This document shows positions 12,600-26,920 of a DNA stretch of 64,000 bases, one piece after another. A program made the translations under genes and the position numbers. Position 1 is the stretch's first letter, and every line of letters begins with the position of its first letter. The notes under the pieces are model-generated. The model saw only the letters and a list, made by a program, of their open reading frames with translations. It did no database searches and had not been told where the DNA came from. The stretch is taken from NCBI RefSeq assembly GCF_006345805.1, contig NC_043006.1, positions 102,610,001 through 102,674,000 on the forward strand, read 5' to 3'. The stretch is from Octopus sinensis. Its lineage: Eukaryota.

Positions 12600-12695
12600 T
12601 GTATGTATGTATGTATGTGTGTATGTACGTACGTACGTACGTATGTATGTATGTATGTATATATATGTGTATATATATATATATATATATAATAT

Positions 12696-12729
<34 letters not shown>

Positions 12730-12807
12730 AGTATTTATATCTTGAGATATATGTATTTATATATATGTATATGTATATATGTGCATATATATGTATATAT
12801 ATATATG

Positions 12808-12850
<43 letters not shown>

Positions 12851-12937
12851 TATATATATATCTATCTATCTATCTATCTATCTATATCTATTGTTTATAC
12901 TTTGGTTGTATAAAGTCGGTGTGTCCATGTATGTATG

Positions 12938-12975
<38 letters not shown>

Positions 12976-13075
12976 TATATATTGTAAATCTTGTAAATTA
13001 TATATATATATATTATATATATAATATATATATTATATATATATATATATATACATGTGTGTGTATATATATAGA
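12505..13075. repeat. Compound microsatellite (TATG)n/(TA)n/(TATC)n
   Basis: Direct reading. Confidence 0.95.
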
Positions 13076-14359
13076 TGTGTGTTTGTGTGCACGAGATTTT
13101 ATACGAAAGCTAAGTAGAAACAATGTATCCATATAAACTATACACACACACTCATATTTCGTACCCTCCATCCAAGACCACCTCACCGCATCTCAACGGT
13201 GTTTTCTTTACTTCTCCCGACTTCTTTCTTTGTTTCGCACTTTCGTATTCTTGTTTACTTTTCCATTCGTTTCTCCCCTCCTCGAGTCGTCGCTCCTCCC
13301 TTACACCCCATGCCACCCTTTCTTTCTTTCTTCCTTCCTTCCTTCCTTTCACATACACACTAACCACATCCTACTCCATGCCATAGTCCTTCTCTAACTC
13401 GTGTCTCAGTTCCTTCGTTCCACCTCTTCAAATCGTTTCCGCTCTGTAGAGTGTCTTCTAACAATATTTCTTATTCAGCGAAGAAACCTTCTCTCTCTCT
13501 CTCTCCCTCCTCTTTCTCTCCCTTTCTCTGTCTGTCTGTCTGTCTCTCCACCTTTCTCTCCCTCTTTCTCTCTGCGCAGTTCATAACATCGTTTCTTTTT
13601 TTTTTTCTGTCGGAAACCATTCAACCATCATAATCATTTCTAGTGGCTGAGATAAGCGTTTTGCAAAGATAGGAGAGAAACCTTAGTCCACACACACAGA
13701 CGCATATTACACATACATACGTAATCACACACACATGTATAGAGACATGCACATAAACACACAAACACACAAATTCATATGTCGGTTGAAAATACATAGA
13801 TAAATAGACGCAGAGAGACGTACAGATACGCATAGTCCACGCGAATGCACACACATGCAGGTACACATACACACTCACATATATACATACATTGCTATTA
13901 AGACACAGCGCATTTGTATACATATACACCTATACACATATACACACGATCTTTTTTACACATACACGTATGTACAAATAGTAAAAACCGAACAACATAT
14001 ACTTAAAATATATATTTTACATTAGCATAAACATAATCAGTGTATATATGTAAATATACATACACCTACGAGTGTATATAGATATATACACAGACAACGT
14101 CTCTCATTCTCTCATACATATAAAGATACATATATATACACATATTCATATATGCATTCAAAGTTACATGTATATACACATATACGTACAGGCATACATA
14201 CACACACATACAAGCAAACGTATATACGCACGTATATACAGACACATATACACTGGTACGTAAATATAAGTATATGTAATGTTCAGTCGCTAATCTATAC
14301 GGAGTAAAATCTACTTATCTGAAGAACTTTGGTTGCTAACCGAATAAAATAAAACAGAG

Positions 14360-14445
<86 letters not shown>
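14360..14445. repeat. (GA)n microsatellite
   Basis: Direct reading. Confidence 0.95.
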
Positions 14446-14785
14446 GGAGAGAGGAGATGGAGAAAAAGGAGACAAAGAGCATATATTGTCTGAGTAAGGA
14501 AACAAGAAAATATGTCTTTCCATACCTTGCTGTAAGACAAACAAGTTGTCAGTCGAAGTGAAACGTGACGACAAGGAAAATTATTAGTACTAACATGATT
14601 CACATGTGAAACATACTCACACTTACTTACACACACACACACACACACACACGCACATACGCATAGTATTGCGCTCGTGCGCTCTTGTGTGCGTGCACGT
14701 GTGCATGTGTGCATGTGTCCATGTGTACACGTATAGACAATATTTCATATTCAAAACCCTAGCGGAATTATGAAACTATATTACA

Positions 14786-14896
<111 letters not shown>

Positions 14897-15121
14897 GTAT
14901 CTGTCCTGGACTGACGTGATGTCGCATCGGCTCCGCAGGTAACCTCCCCTTTTCGTCCTTCTATTGCACACATTTTGTTTAAAATTTTACACACAAGGTG
15001 TGTAAAGCACCCAGCTTGCGTTTGAGTGTATTTTCAAGGGAGGAATTGAGCCTTAGGGTTAGTTTCAAACTTGTTTACAATTCCATTTTCTTCAGTTTCT
15101 TTGCAATATATCTAAACAAAT

Positions 15122-16020
15122 ATGGCTATGCGAAACCACGAGGCCGAATTCCCGCCTCTACCAATGCCAGAGGCGAATGAAGCTGAAAACAAAGCTGTTC
15201 CGCGTGAACGCACACGGCCCTTAAAAAGCGCTTCTGCTGCTGCTGTTTTTCTCTACCACTGCTACCACCACCTCTACCGCCATCACCACCACAACCAAAA
15301 CGAATACCGAAAACAATTTTGCCGCAGCTTTAAAGCTAAAGAAATCTTACGTATCTTTTTCGAAGGACGAACTACTTGCCTGTAAAGGAATGCTAAAAAA
15401 AAGACAACCTCAGCATACAACTACAGACATCTCAAGACATCACAGAAAAAATCGACCCCCCCCCCAATTATCTACAAAACATTCAACCTCAAAACAAGGC
15501 TATACGAAAAGGCCACACAAGAAAATGTCGAAAAATGTTTAAAGCCTATATGGGCCTTTAAAACTACATCACAAGGGGCAACAAATTTGCCACCATCGAA
15601 GTTCGATTCAATAGTGAAAAAAGAGCCAAGGACCTCTCCACAAAGTCCCTCCAATTCGAAAATTTATTAATGATCCCTACATACCTTGGCCGTAGGGTTA
15701 CAAAAGTTAAAATAAGGAATGTGCCTCCTGAATTGGGAATAAAATATCTCGTGTCTGCCATATGCTACGACATCGAAGACGAAATCAATATTTTGGAAAT
15801 CGCTATCGTAGACCATCAATACTGGATCGACCGAGAAATCCACATCCTCGCTCAGATAAATCCAATGATCCAGGAGAAAATTCCGCATAGAATTCAATCG
15901 AGGAACGGTTCGAGTTTACATGTAGCCGTCGAAGGCAGAAAGTCTCGTCGCTACGTTTGTAGTAGCAATGCAAACTTACAAAATAAGTGCCCACTAGCAC
16001 AGAAACAACAATTGCAATAA
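15122..16020 (+). pseudogene. Tx1-type ORF1 (gag-like) remnant
   Basis: PTYLGRRVTKVKIRNVPPE and LHVAVEGRKSRRYVCSSNANLQNKCP (decayed CCHC knuckle); several stops and frameshifts; followed by a Q/T/P/N-rich low-complexity stretch to ~16800. Confidence 0.65.
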
Positions 16021-16867
16021 CAACAAGATCATGAAAAACAACAACAACCACAAGAAAACCAAAAACCATACAAAAAAACAGCACTACTACCCACATCGCC
16101 ATATGCACAACTAATCAAAAAACTATATGAACAAATGAAAGATCACCAACCAATAAGTCAGCCCAACCAAACAACACCACTACCAGCGTCACCAAGAACA
16201 GAAAACCAAAGAGACTCATACCCCACCTCCAACAACCCATACACCACACCCCAACTGTCACCAACCAGCACCAACACCAACAACACAGTCAGAAATAGAC
16301 CCCAATACACTTCCCCTCCCACCTTCTGATTCCTCTGACATGTCATCAGATGAAGACGACACAGAGGATTGGCAAATAGCCACAGGAGGGGGAGGAGAAA
16401 AAAAGGGGAAAAAGAATAGAGAAGCAGACAAGCAAAGCAGGGAGGTTTACCACTCCCGAAACTAAAACATCCGCAGAAAACATGCACATCAACACAAACA
16501 CACTACCACCAAACCCCCCAACAATGTTGACAGCCATAAACACCAACAACCCCAACTTAATGGAATACATTAGGTCTAACACCGACATAACCGAAAATGA
16601 CACCAAAACAAATAATCACCAACGCACAACACCACCACAACACATTAAAATCATACACATAACACAGAACACACACAGCATCCTAAAATCTCTCTACTCT
16701 GATGCAGTTGGGAGATTTCAAAAATATTTGTCCAAAAAACTGTACAAAAACCTTCTGGGAGAAGACTGTGAGGTGAAGAACAAAGAACTTTCGGACAGTA
16801 AGTGACTCTCTCTCTTTCTTTCTTTTTCATCTTCTTTCATGTGTAAAACACAACTTTCGATTGGAAC

Positions 16868-19800
16868 ATGCTCAAAATAGGCAGTATAAATGTACGTGGC
16901 TTGGGTTCGCCTTGGAAACAAGGCTACCTGTCAAACGACACCAAGTCACAAAATCTGCATATCATAGCCATCAGTGAGACCAGACTCCACAGCCCGCGGG
17001 CACTCCAGCACATGCTCGGCACACATTTCAACATTTATTTTTCTCCGTGTCTATCGAGAATGGCCGGAGGTGGCACCGCGGTGCTTCTTCGGAAGAGTCT
17101 GAAATTCAAAGTAAGAGCAATTTTCCTAGACCCGGAGGGTAGGCTGGTCGTCTTGGATGTCGATGGCAGCAATGAGTGTGCTTTTCGACTGATAACAGTT
17201 TATGCACCATCCTTAACAGGCCGGCCAGATTTCTTTCGACGTCTAGAGGTTTTCCTGAGAACGTCTCGACCTTTTCTTTTAGTAGGGGACTGGAACGCCA
17301 CCTTGGACACGCATCAAGACTACGTGGGCAGAGATAGCAATAGGAGGGGGTGCAAATGCCTCAAAGACCTGCTCAGACGTTTCCAACTATCTGATAGGTA
17401 CCGACTGGACCACCCGAATGTGCCAATGTGGACATGGAGCAACCGCATCGGGTCATCCAGATCGTACTTAGATAAAGTATTCTGTAGGACAGTAGATAAA
17501 GATAGTGTAGGTTGTCCACAATACCACATAGTCAGCTACACAGACCACAAGTTTGTGACTTGTACACTTGACTTAGATAAGACACAGAGGCAGGGTCCTG
17601 GTTACTGGAAGCTGAACGCGTCTTTCACGGCATGCCCGGCTTACAGGGACCAGATTAGCACATTAGTAAAGAGAGCATTGGCGGGTGCCATAATCAACAA
17701 CAGATGGTGGTATGCTCTAAAGAGAGCAATTAAATCAGAATCGGTTAGGTACAGTAAGGCCCTAGCATTAGACCGAAATAGAATAGAGGGAGACTTAGTT
17801 AAGAATTTAGAAAAGACACTTAAAACTGGCATCGCATCCAACGTACTGGCAGCGAGGTTGGCCCTCGAACAACACCTCAACGCCAAACACCAAGGATACG
17901 TTGTCAGAGCTAGGATGCGTGCTCTGAGGAACGAAGGAGTTGAAGCCGCCCGAGGGGCCCGAGTAGTGGAGACGCAACGCGGCAACAGAGCCACCATCAG
18001 GTCACTTACAGATGAACAGGGGCGCGAATTACTGGAGTCTGAAAGGATGTGTGAGGCTTTTCAACAACACTTTACCCAACTGTTTGGGACAAATGGTGGG
18101 TCAGAACGCAGAGTGGACTTTAGTGCCTATCTGCATGCCCTGCCACGACTCTCAGCAAGAGAGGCGGAGTGTTGTGAAAAACCCATCACATCCGCGGACG
18201 TACGGAATGTGATGGCAGGCTGCGCGAGAGACAAGTCACCAGGCTGTCCTACGAACTTTATTGTCATATGCCAGACTTGTTTGGAGGCGCCTTGGCAGTT
18301 GTCTACTGCAACTGGCAACAAAACGGGAGTACCCCCGCCTTTGTAAAGCAAGGAACAGTGGCACTGCTAAAGAAAGATCCAAACAAGGGGGACGTCATAG
18401 ATAATTTCAGGCCCATCACTCTGCCCAACACAGATTTGAAAATTTTGGCCAAGGTGTTAGCCGAGAGGTTGGCGCTTGTCATCGAGAAATTAGTCGACAA
18501 GGCGCAAACGTTCGCCGTGCCAGGTCGGAGTATCCATGACAACCTCCATCTTATGCGCTACATCCTAGTATGGGTGGGGCGCTGATCAATTTGGATCAAT
18601 CAAAGGCCTTCGATAGGGTAGACCATCACTACTTGGAGGCTGTCCTTAAAGCGGCTGGTTTCGGTCCCATCTTCCGCGGTTGGATCGTTGCCTTATACAG
18701 CGGCATCCGCTCGGTAGTTCGCATAAATGGTCATCTTTCCAGACCTTTTAACATCATGCGTTCGGTTCGTCAAGGATGCCCCCTCTCATCGCTTCTGTAT
18801 GTATTGACTCTTGAGCCACTACTGCGGAAACCGGCGATGCTGATGGGCATCCCACGAGAGCTGGGATGCGGGAGGAGCGTGTCTGCATACGCGGACGACG
18901 TCACCATCATAGTGTCCAGCCACAAGCACATCGACCTGGTCGGCGAGACACTAAAAGAATACGAAGCGGTAACGGGAGCAAAAATTAACCGGGAAAAGTC
19001 AGTGGGCTTGCGGCTCGGCACCTGGAGAAGCAAGCCCACGCCGTTCAACAGCGTCTCCATCGTGGGACACTGGACCGACGGACCAGTTAAATTGCTCGGA
19101 GTCTGGTTCGGTCAGGACCTCCAAATGGAGAAGAACTAGGGCGAAATAACGACTTGGATGGCCACTCTCACCCAGCAATGGGCTGAGAGGAAGCTATCCC
19201 TAAAAGGTCGGGCGGAGGTGGCGAACGCGTACATCGCATCCGTCATCGAGTATCGTCTGACCGTCGTGCCTTGTCCCGACCCTACCATCACCAAACTGGA
19301 ACGCATAGTCTTCCGCTACCTGTGGAAGGGAAGCGTTCCGATGGTTAGGCGATCCATTTGCTGTCAACACCCGCTAAATGGAGGGCTAGGCATGCCGTGG
19401 TTGATGATGCGCAGGCATGCGCTGAGACTGCGACATCTCCGGCGCTTCATAGACAATGGTGAACTGGTGTGGTCGCCTTTTGTGCAACGCGCTTTCCCGC
19501 AGCTCGTCTCCTTGGCCGATCTACAATCGTGGATCAGAGACCGAGGCTAGGAGAATGGCACCGCGAGTGTCGCGCTGCTCTCAAGCAACTCTGCCGTCCG
19601 GGACCAAATTTGTGCGACTTCATTACAAAATAGGCGTTCTATAGAGGATTAGTGGAGGGGAGGTGCGACGACGTTCTCGGGCAGAATCTGGGCGGCGACG
19701 AGAGACACCTGACCCGCCTGTTCAGGACAACTTTCGGGCCGGGACCTATGGACAATCACCAAAGATCTTTGGCCTGGCAGTGCTATCGAGAAGCATTACC

Positions 19801-20249
19801 TGTTCGGGATAAGCTCTACAGGCACGGTTTGAGACACACTGGACCGACTTGCCCGAGATGCGGTCAGAGCACTCGTGCAGTATCCATCCATTTCGGACCT
19901 GTGGGCTTATGCCGAACAGCTGCTGTCACCTGTGGGATGTATCTGCCTGTCGGCCGAGTCTATCGTGAGAATTGCTCCGCCCCCTTCCCTCAACCGGGAA
20001 GGCAAGGCAGTTTTCATCGTACTGGTTGCTATGGTGAAAGAATGTGTGTGGTGGACCCGAGCGAAAGGATTAGAGACAAACACTTACCACTGTGGCCAAT
20101 CGCTCATCAACTTTTTCAAGTACCACTTGAAAAGGAAGGTGAGAATGGAAAGGCAGGTTTTGTCTCGTGAAAGTTTCAAAAAAAGATGGGTGAATGTAGC
20201 AAAGATGGGGTGTGCGAGTGACGAAACCACTTTGAGCATGATCCTGTAA
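16868..20249 (+). pseudogene. Tx1/L1-type ORF2: AP endonuclease, reverse transcriptase, C-terminal Cys finger
   Basis: APE motifs SINVRGL, AISET, LVGDWNA, SYLDKVF, YTDHKFV; RT motifs NFRPITL, LDQSKAFDRVDH, RQGCPLS, YADDVT; CPRCG at the C-terminus; frameshifts near 18250, 18580, 19550 and 19870, stop at 19139. Confidence 0.95.
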
Positions 20250-20252
20250 ATC

Positions 20253-20306
<54 letters not shown>

Positions 20307-20598
20307 ACTTTGCTCTCATGTGTTTATTTCCTCCCTGCCTGAGGTTACCGTGGTCTTTTCTGTAGGCTTTTCTTTCCACGGATGAACCTAATCTTGTTTG
20401 ATACTTTGAAAAAAAAAATTTCTTTCTGTGATACACGATCCCTTTTGATCGCTTTTTTTTCTTCCGATCCTTTTGATCGAAATTTTACATTTGTTTCTTT
20501 TTTTTCTTCTTTTTCCTTTTCCATCTCCGAAAAGAAAAGCTCTACATTTGTAATTGTCCCCTCTGTGTCAGCCCTGTGTGGCCAGAATAGAAAGTTAT

Positions 20599-20775
<177 letters not shown>

Positions 20776-21074
20776 TAGTGTTTCTCTCTTCACTTACTTC
20801 CTTATACATCTCCATCTACTTCACACCCTGATCCTGGTCCTTTATCAAGCTCCTCATTATAAACCTGATACTAACTTTTCACTCTATGGCCGAATCTGGG
20901 TCGGCCGAGTCATCTGACACTATTTACTTGTTCTTGAGAAGTTTTAATTGTTAATTCTTACCTGTATTCACCCAACGGAAAGGTTTTTTTTGCATGATCT
21001 AACCCTTCTGTTAATCATTAATAAAACACTTCTGAGACAGCTGTAGTGAACCACAATCCATCTGTTGTTGTCAT

Positions 21075-21113
<39 letters not shown>

Positions 21114-21213
21114 TATACACGTGTGCGTGTGTGTGAGTGTGTGTATGTGCATAACATATTTGCATACATACATAGATAATATACATACATACGTACATAC
21201 ATACATATATATG

Positions 21214-23329
21214 AATCAGAATGGGAGGATTCCCAGATCTGTACACCGGGGAGTGGTGACACTGATCAGGAAGGACCCGGACACGGGGGATAGAATAGAT
21301 AATTTTAGGCCCATCACCCTTCTGAACGCGGAAGTGAAGATTTTGGCCAAGGTGTTAGCGAAAAGGTTGACGCGTGTCGCGGATGGTCTGATCGGGGAGG
21401 CACAAACTCAGGATAATCTTCACTTTATACGTTACACCGTAGAAGGGTTCGGGAATAACTCTGGCAAGGGCGGGGCACTGGTCCATTTAGACGAGAGTAA
21501 AGCTTTCGATAGGGTGAACCATCGTTACCTGGTGTCTGTGCTCGCACAGTTCGGGCTGGGTATTGGTTTCCTCAGGTGGATTATACAGTTATACAACGTC
21601 GACTCGATCGGTCGAGTGAACGGTTTCCTTTCCAAGCCGTTCCGCATCAAACGGTCAGTTCATCAAAGGTGTCCGCTCTCCCCGCTTTTATATGTGATGG
21701 TTCTCGAGCCATTACTGTGAAAGCTAAGCGCCATCCCGACGAATCCAGGAGGTGTAGGATCCGTTACAGCGTATGTGGACGACATCACCATCATCGTGAC
21801 CAAGGTGGAACTCCTACAGAATGTGGGAGACACCATCAAGGCTTACGACAGGAGCAAAAATTAATCAGGAAAAGTCAGTCGGCTTGCAACTCGGCACCTA
21901 GAGGGGCAAGTCGATGCCTTCGAATAGCATCGTGGGATGCTGGACGGAGGGCCCGGTTAAATTGCTAGGGATCTGGTTCGGTCCAGGTCTCCAGATAAAA
22001 AAGAACTGGTCTGAGGTTGCGAGCAAGGTGACTCACGCGGTCAAGACTTGGTCTTGGTGGTGGCTATCCTTGAAAGGGAGGGCGGAAGTGGCCAATGTGT
22101 TCATAGCATCGGTCATCATTTACCGCCTAACCGTCGTTCCTTGTCCTGATTCGTGGTTGAGCAAGATGGAGAGGCAAATCTTTCGCTTTCTGTGGAAGCG
22201 TTCCGCTCCTCTTGTGAGACGTTCTATTTGCTGTCAAAAGCCGTTAAAGGGTGGGTTAGGGATGCCTTGGCTGTTGATGCGCAGACATGCGCTGAGGTTG
22301 AGGCATCTTTGGCTCTACCTGGATGGTGAACGGGTGTGGTCCCCACTCGCAAGACAGATGTTTCACAGCTTTGCCAGTTTTGGTGGTAGAGAAACCTGGT
22401 TTCATCGCAGATTAAGATTGAGTATGTCGTAAGGCTCTCCTCCACTTCCGCAGCTCGAGCAATGCCGGCGGCTTTGGTACCACCGCAGCGTTCTATAGTA
22501 GGTTGGTAGAAGCCGGAAATGACGATGCCCTGGGAAGGACCTTGGGTCTCGATAATAATCAGTTAGACAGCCTGTTCCAAAGGACATTCGGACCGAGGAC
22601 ACTGGATAACTTTCAGAAGTCCTTGGTTGGCAATGTTACAGAGGAACCTTGCCCGTTCGGGATAAGCTCACAAGACATGGTCACGGTGGACTATCGGACT
22701 GTCCAAGACGCGGGCGGGATGTGGAAACAGTCCTGCACGCTATTGTTCAGTGTCCGGAAATTTCGGACGTGTGGGCATATGCAGAACACTTGTTGTCGGA
22801 CGGAAGAAGAGTACAGCTGCCGTCTGAGTCAATTTTAAAAATTGACCCGCCTGGTTTCATGACGAACGAAGGTAAACATTGCTTTCTCGTGATAGTAGCA
22901 GTTGCGAAAGAGGTTATATGGAGGACTAGAGTAAAAGGTATAATAGCAGACACCATGATCTCTGGCACCGCCCTGACGAACTTTTTCAAGTTTCATCTGA
23001 AAAGGAAGGTGGGGTTAGAGAGAATGTGTCTGTCAGAGTGCGTGTTTAAAAAAAGATGGAAGCGTGTTGCACGAATGCTGGGTATGAAAGACCTCACATG
23101 AACATTGCCATGATCGCTTACTAAAGGTTTCAGTTAAAACAACAGGGTTCGTGGGGTCGGCAATCCTGTTTTTTTAACTTCATGTGTCCCTTCTGTGTTT
23201 TTGTATTTTGTGTTACATTCGATTTCATTGTAAATAGTTTAATCCATTTGTTGTATATAATTGTATCACATGACCCCAAATCATGTTGTGCTGTCCCCAT
23301 CTATGTTAACCCCCATGGGTAATAAAGAA
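21214..23329 (+). mobile_element. 5'-truncated Tx1/L1-clade LINE, second divergent family
   Basis: Starts inside RT (NQNGRIPRSVHRGVVTLIRKDPDTGDRIDNFRPITL, LDESKAFDRVNH, YVDDIT); thumb LSLKGRAEVANVFIAS; CPRRG/CPEIS finger; ends ..CATGGGTAATAAAGAA; 5' end abuts (TACA)n. Confidence 0.92.
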
Positions 23330-23338
23330 CGTCGTGGG

Positions 23339-23600
23339 ATGCAAGCATTTCGGAGTAGTTATCTCCTCTTCGGTCACGGACACCAGGCAGGCGGCGCTAC
23401 GAGCTGAATGAAGAGACTGACTCTCTTATGCTTTTCCAGTTGCCATAGCAGCGCTGCACAGAGGCTCGCCGCAAGCAGATTACAAAGGTGGGGGGGGGCG
23501 CTTTGTAATGCAAGCATTTCGGAGTAGTTATCTCCTCTTCGGTCACGGACACCAGGCAGGCGGCGCTACGAGAGAGATAACTACACCGAAATGCTTGCAT
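23339..23600. repeat. Direct + inverted duplication block
   Basis: 65-bp unit at 23339-23403 repeated at 23508-23572; its first 27 nt recur inverted at 23574-23600 (1 mismatch); ATTACAAAG/CTTTGTAAT hairpin at 23479-23509. Confidence 0.9.
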
Positions 23601-24276
23601 CTCACGGTCTGTGTAGGTGGTGCTGCGAGCTGATCTATGTGTACACACACCATTTGTCAACAAGCGGGATATATTTTCTGTGACAAAACGCAGTAAGTAG
23701 CTTGTTCACCGGTTCAAACGTGCCTCAAGCACATTCAAACTGTTAATAACATTACAAGAATACGCTAGGTTATGTGATGTTGCGTATGACCACTTCATTA
23801 TGTGTCTATCGAAAATTTTGTAGTATCTACTAGATTTAGAAATATGTAAATTCTTCTCATTGTAGACCTCAAATCCAACAGGAAGTGTAATCTAACCCTT
23901 TACAACACCAGTACCATATAACAACAAACCCAGAGCACTATCTTCTCCCTCTGACTTAATTAGGCTTGTCATGGCCCCTAGGACTCGTAAGGACGGAGCT
24001 TAATTCGATTTTCATGGCTTATAAGAGATCATAATACTCACTTGCCTTAATAAGAAATTAGCCCTATGTGTCTATATGAGTCAGGAAAGAGCTTTATCCT
24101 TTTCTTTTTAATTACTGGAAGACGAGTTTATTAAATTGATTTTCAAATCTATTCTGCAGCAGAGGTGAATCTCTATCGTTCAACGATAAAGACTTAGTAG
24201 TTCGACCAACTGGGTTACCTGTCTGAATTAATGTGCAAATGGCTGAGCGTTCTACAAACACCCATAACGAAATTTT

Positions 24277-24652
24277 TAGGAAAGATATGAATGCCACAGC
24301 TTCCGGATGACTGATTTAGAGCTGTTATGTCAAACATTGGCTATCGAGTGTAAGTCGAATCCGCTTCTCCAAGGAGTTCATTCTAAAGACTGTCTTCTCG
24401 CCTTCCTTTGGTAACGAAGCCCTGATAATTTCCTTCTGCTTCATGGCTATGACAAAAGACGTTGAATGGTGGTAAGCTTCAACAAACACTAGAATCAACT
24501 CTTTAACCTAGGATAAACTAAATTATCGTTTTCCATTTCGCAAAGGAGAACATCGAGATATCAAATATTTCGTTTCATTGCGTCTCATTCCTACAGTTGC
24601 TCCATTGTACTTCAAAATTTGTCTCAAAGATATTTCGTGGTAAATCATATTT
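24277..24652. repeat. ~380-bp unit duplicated at 26921-27300; this copy is bounded by a direct repeat
   Basis: High identity to 26921-27300; ACACCCATAAC at 24258-24268 and 24653-24663. Confidence 0.85.
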
Positions 24653-24899
24653 ACACCCATAACATAATTTTCAGCCATATTCAGTGTAATACAGAGTGAT
24701 GAGGTTGTACGTTTTGAATTACTGGTACGTTCGATCTAGTCAGCTGCTATGCAGTTTCCGTCCACTCGATTTCGCTCATAAGGTATGGGGTGACCCGAGA
24801 TTAAAGAAAATGACGTTGGCCCGCGATTTCACCTAATGGTGATCGAACTCGGTATTACACGGCTGAACCATTCCGCAATATTGCAACGGAAATTTATAT

Positions 24900-25125
24900 A
24901 ATCCTTTCTACTCTAGGCTTAAAACCTGAAATTTTTGGGGAGGGGGTTATTCGATTACATCGACTCCAGCACCGAACTGGTACTTATTTTATCGACTCTG
25001 AAAGGGATGAAAGCCAAAGTCAACCACAGTAGAATTTTAACTCTGACTGTAAAGGCGGACGAAATGTTGTTAAGCATTTTTCGTCCAGTGTGCTAACAAT
25101 TCTGCCAGCTCACCCCTCCCGCCAG
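24900..25125 (-). mobile_element. Meta-type SINE, diverged
   Basis: Reverse complement of head (..CTGCCAGCTCACC) and Meta domain (GGATGAAAGCCAAAGTC). Confidence 0.7.
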
Positions 25126-26920
25126 TAATTTAGATTATAAAAGAACACAATATGAAATACAACATAAGCTGCAACCACTAAAAACACCCCCCTCAAAAAA
25201 AAAAAACCCCAAAAAACAAAGCAACAAAAAACAAACAAATACTCTAAGCCATAAAGTAGTGCGTTCCTGCATTCGAAAGAAATATTCCCCTGAAAATAAT
25301 AAGCGCTCCATACAAATAAAACAAAAAGCCCAATCTATTTTTGTTCTCTGTACAATTTGTCTTCGTAATAAATATTTAATTGCTTGTTTCAGTTATAAGT
25401 TTTCATTTCATTTAATCATGTCACACAAGAATTATAATCCGCTTCTTACAACCCGTTTATTTCACAAAAGGGGAAAACCGTAAAATGAAATGCCGAGATG
25501 TTTACAATAGAAACAAGAAATAGAGAGAAAATAGCCATTTCAGAATTATTAACCAGAAAGAAAACAAAATGAACAACCAAAATAATTTACAAAATAACAA
25601 GAAACAAACCATTCTGTTTCTTTGCTTGTTTGTCAAATTTTTATCTCTTTATCATTTCTTTTTATATTTTCAAATCTTTTTTTTACTCCCTCCCACTTCT
25701 CTTTTCTTTCAGTTTCTTTACGGCTACAATGTGTTTCTATCTTATTTTATATAATCCGCCCCCACAATATACACATTACAAACTTACAAACCAAAGCTGG
25801 AGCCGCCACTCAAGCCGTGAACAACAAATTAGCAGAGTCGTTAGCGCTTCGTGATATTTGTTGCGACTTTCTGGGCTTCGAGTTCAAATACCACCTAAAT
25901 CAAAGTTGCCTTTCGTTTTTGTTTTCTAGATTCATAAAAAAAAAACAAAGTACCAATCGATGGTATTGAATTGGTGGAAATTTAGGAACGTAGAACAAAT
26001 TATTTCTTGCTGTATTTGTTCCGTCTGTTTAGGCTCTAAGTTCAAATTTCACCGACATTAAATTTGCTTTTCCTCCTTTTTGGGTTCGATAAAAGAAAAG
26101 TACAAACCAAGGGCTGTGGATTAGTAGAAATCTAAGAACGTCGGACTAGAAGTATAACAGTATTTGTTCCGGTTCTTTGCGCTCTGAGTTCAAATCTCTC
26201 CATGGTCTACATGGGTAGTGGACTTAACCCATCATCCGGTTTAGTACTATTCTCAGGGATCAGTCTAGAAGTTCATTTAAAGGGTCATGGGCACTACTTC
26301 TCTCTAGACTAAAGGATAAAACATGCATCAACTAAAATCTCCCAAATCATCCTCTATTTCCCTTAGAAATGAAGGACAAATTGTAAATGCAAAAAATTTT
26401 TCAAAACGATAGGATGATCACATCATTAACGTTTTTGACAATAAATTTGGTCAATCAGAACCAACCTGGGGTTAAACGAACATACATCAACAAAAATAAG
26501 CAAACTTACACCGATTTTAATACAATCTTATATTTTACTGTCCCTCTTCCCCTCTTTGTAATCTTGCATTCTGTCTTTCTGTAATCTTTAACTCTCAATG
26601 TTGATTCTTGCCTTTCTCTCTTTAACATTTTCTTCCCAGTCTTGCTTGTTTTTCTCTTTCTTTACATTTTGTGTCTTCATCCTGTCCCCTTGTTGACCTC
26701 GGTCTGATTGAAACTCACAATGTAAAGGATCGTAAATTGATACCGTAAAATATTCGGCTTCTTATACTTTTGTTGTTGTTCAAATCGACATGAAGTTATC
26801 TCTGCTTTTCAATATTCCTAAATTTATAAAATAAAATACCAGTTACATACAGGTATCGATAGAATCGATTAGCTACCCCCGATAAGAAAAAAAAGTTCTT
26901 TTGACGTTGATCAAACTTTT

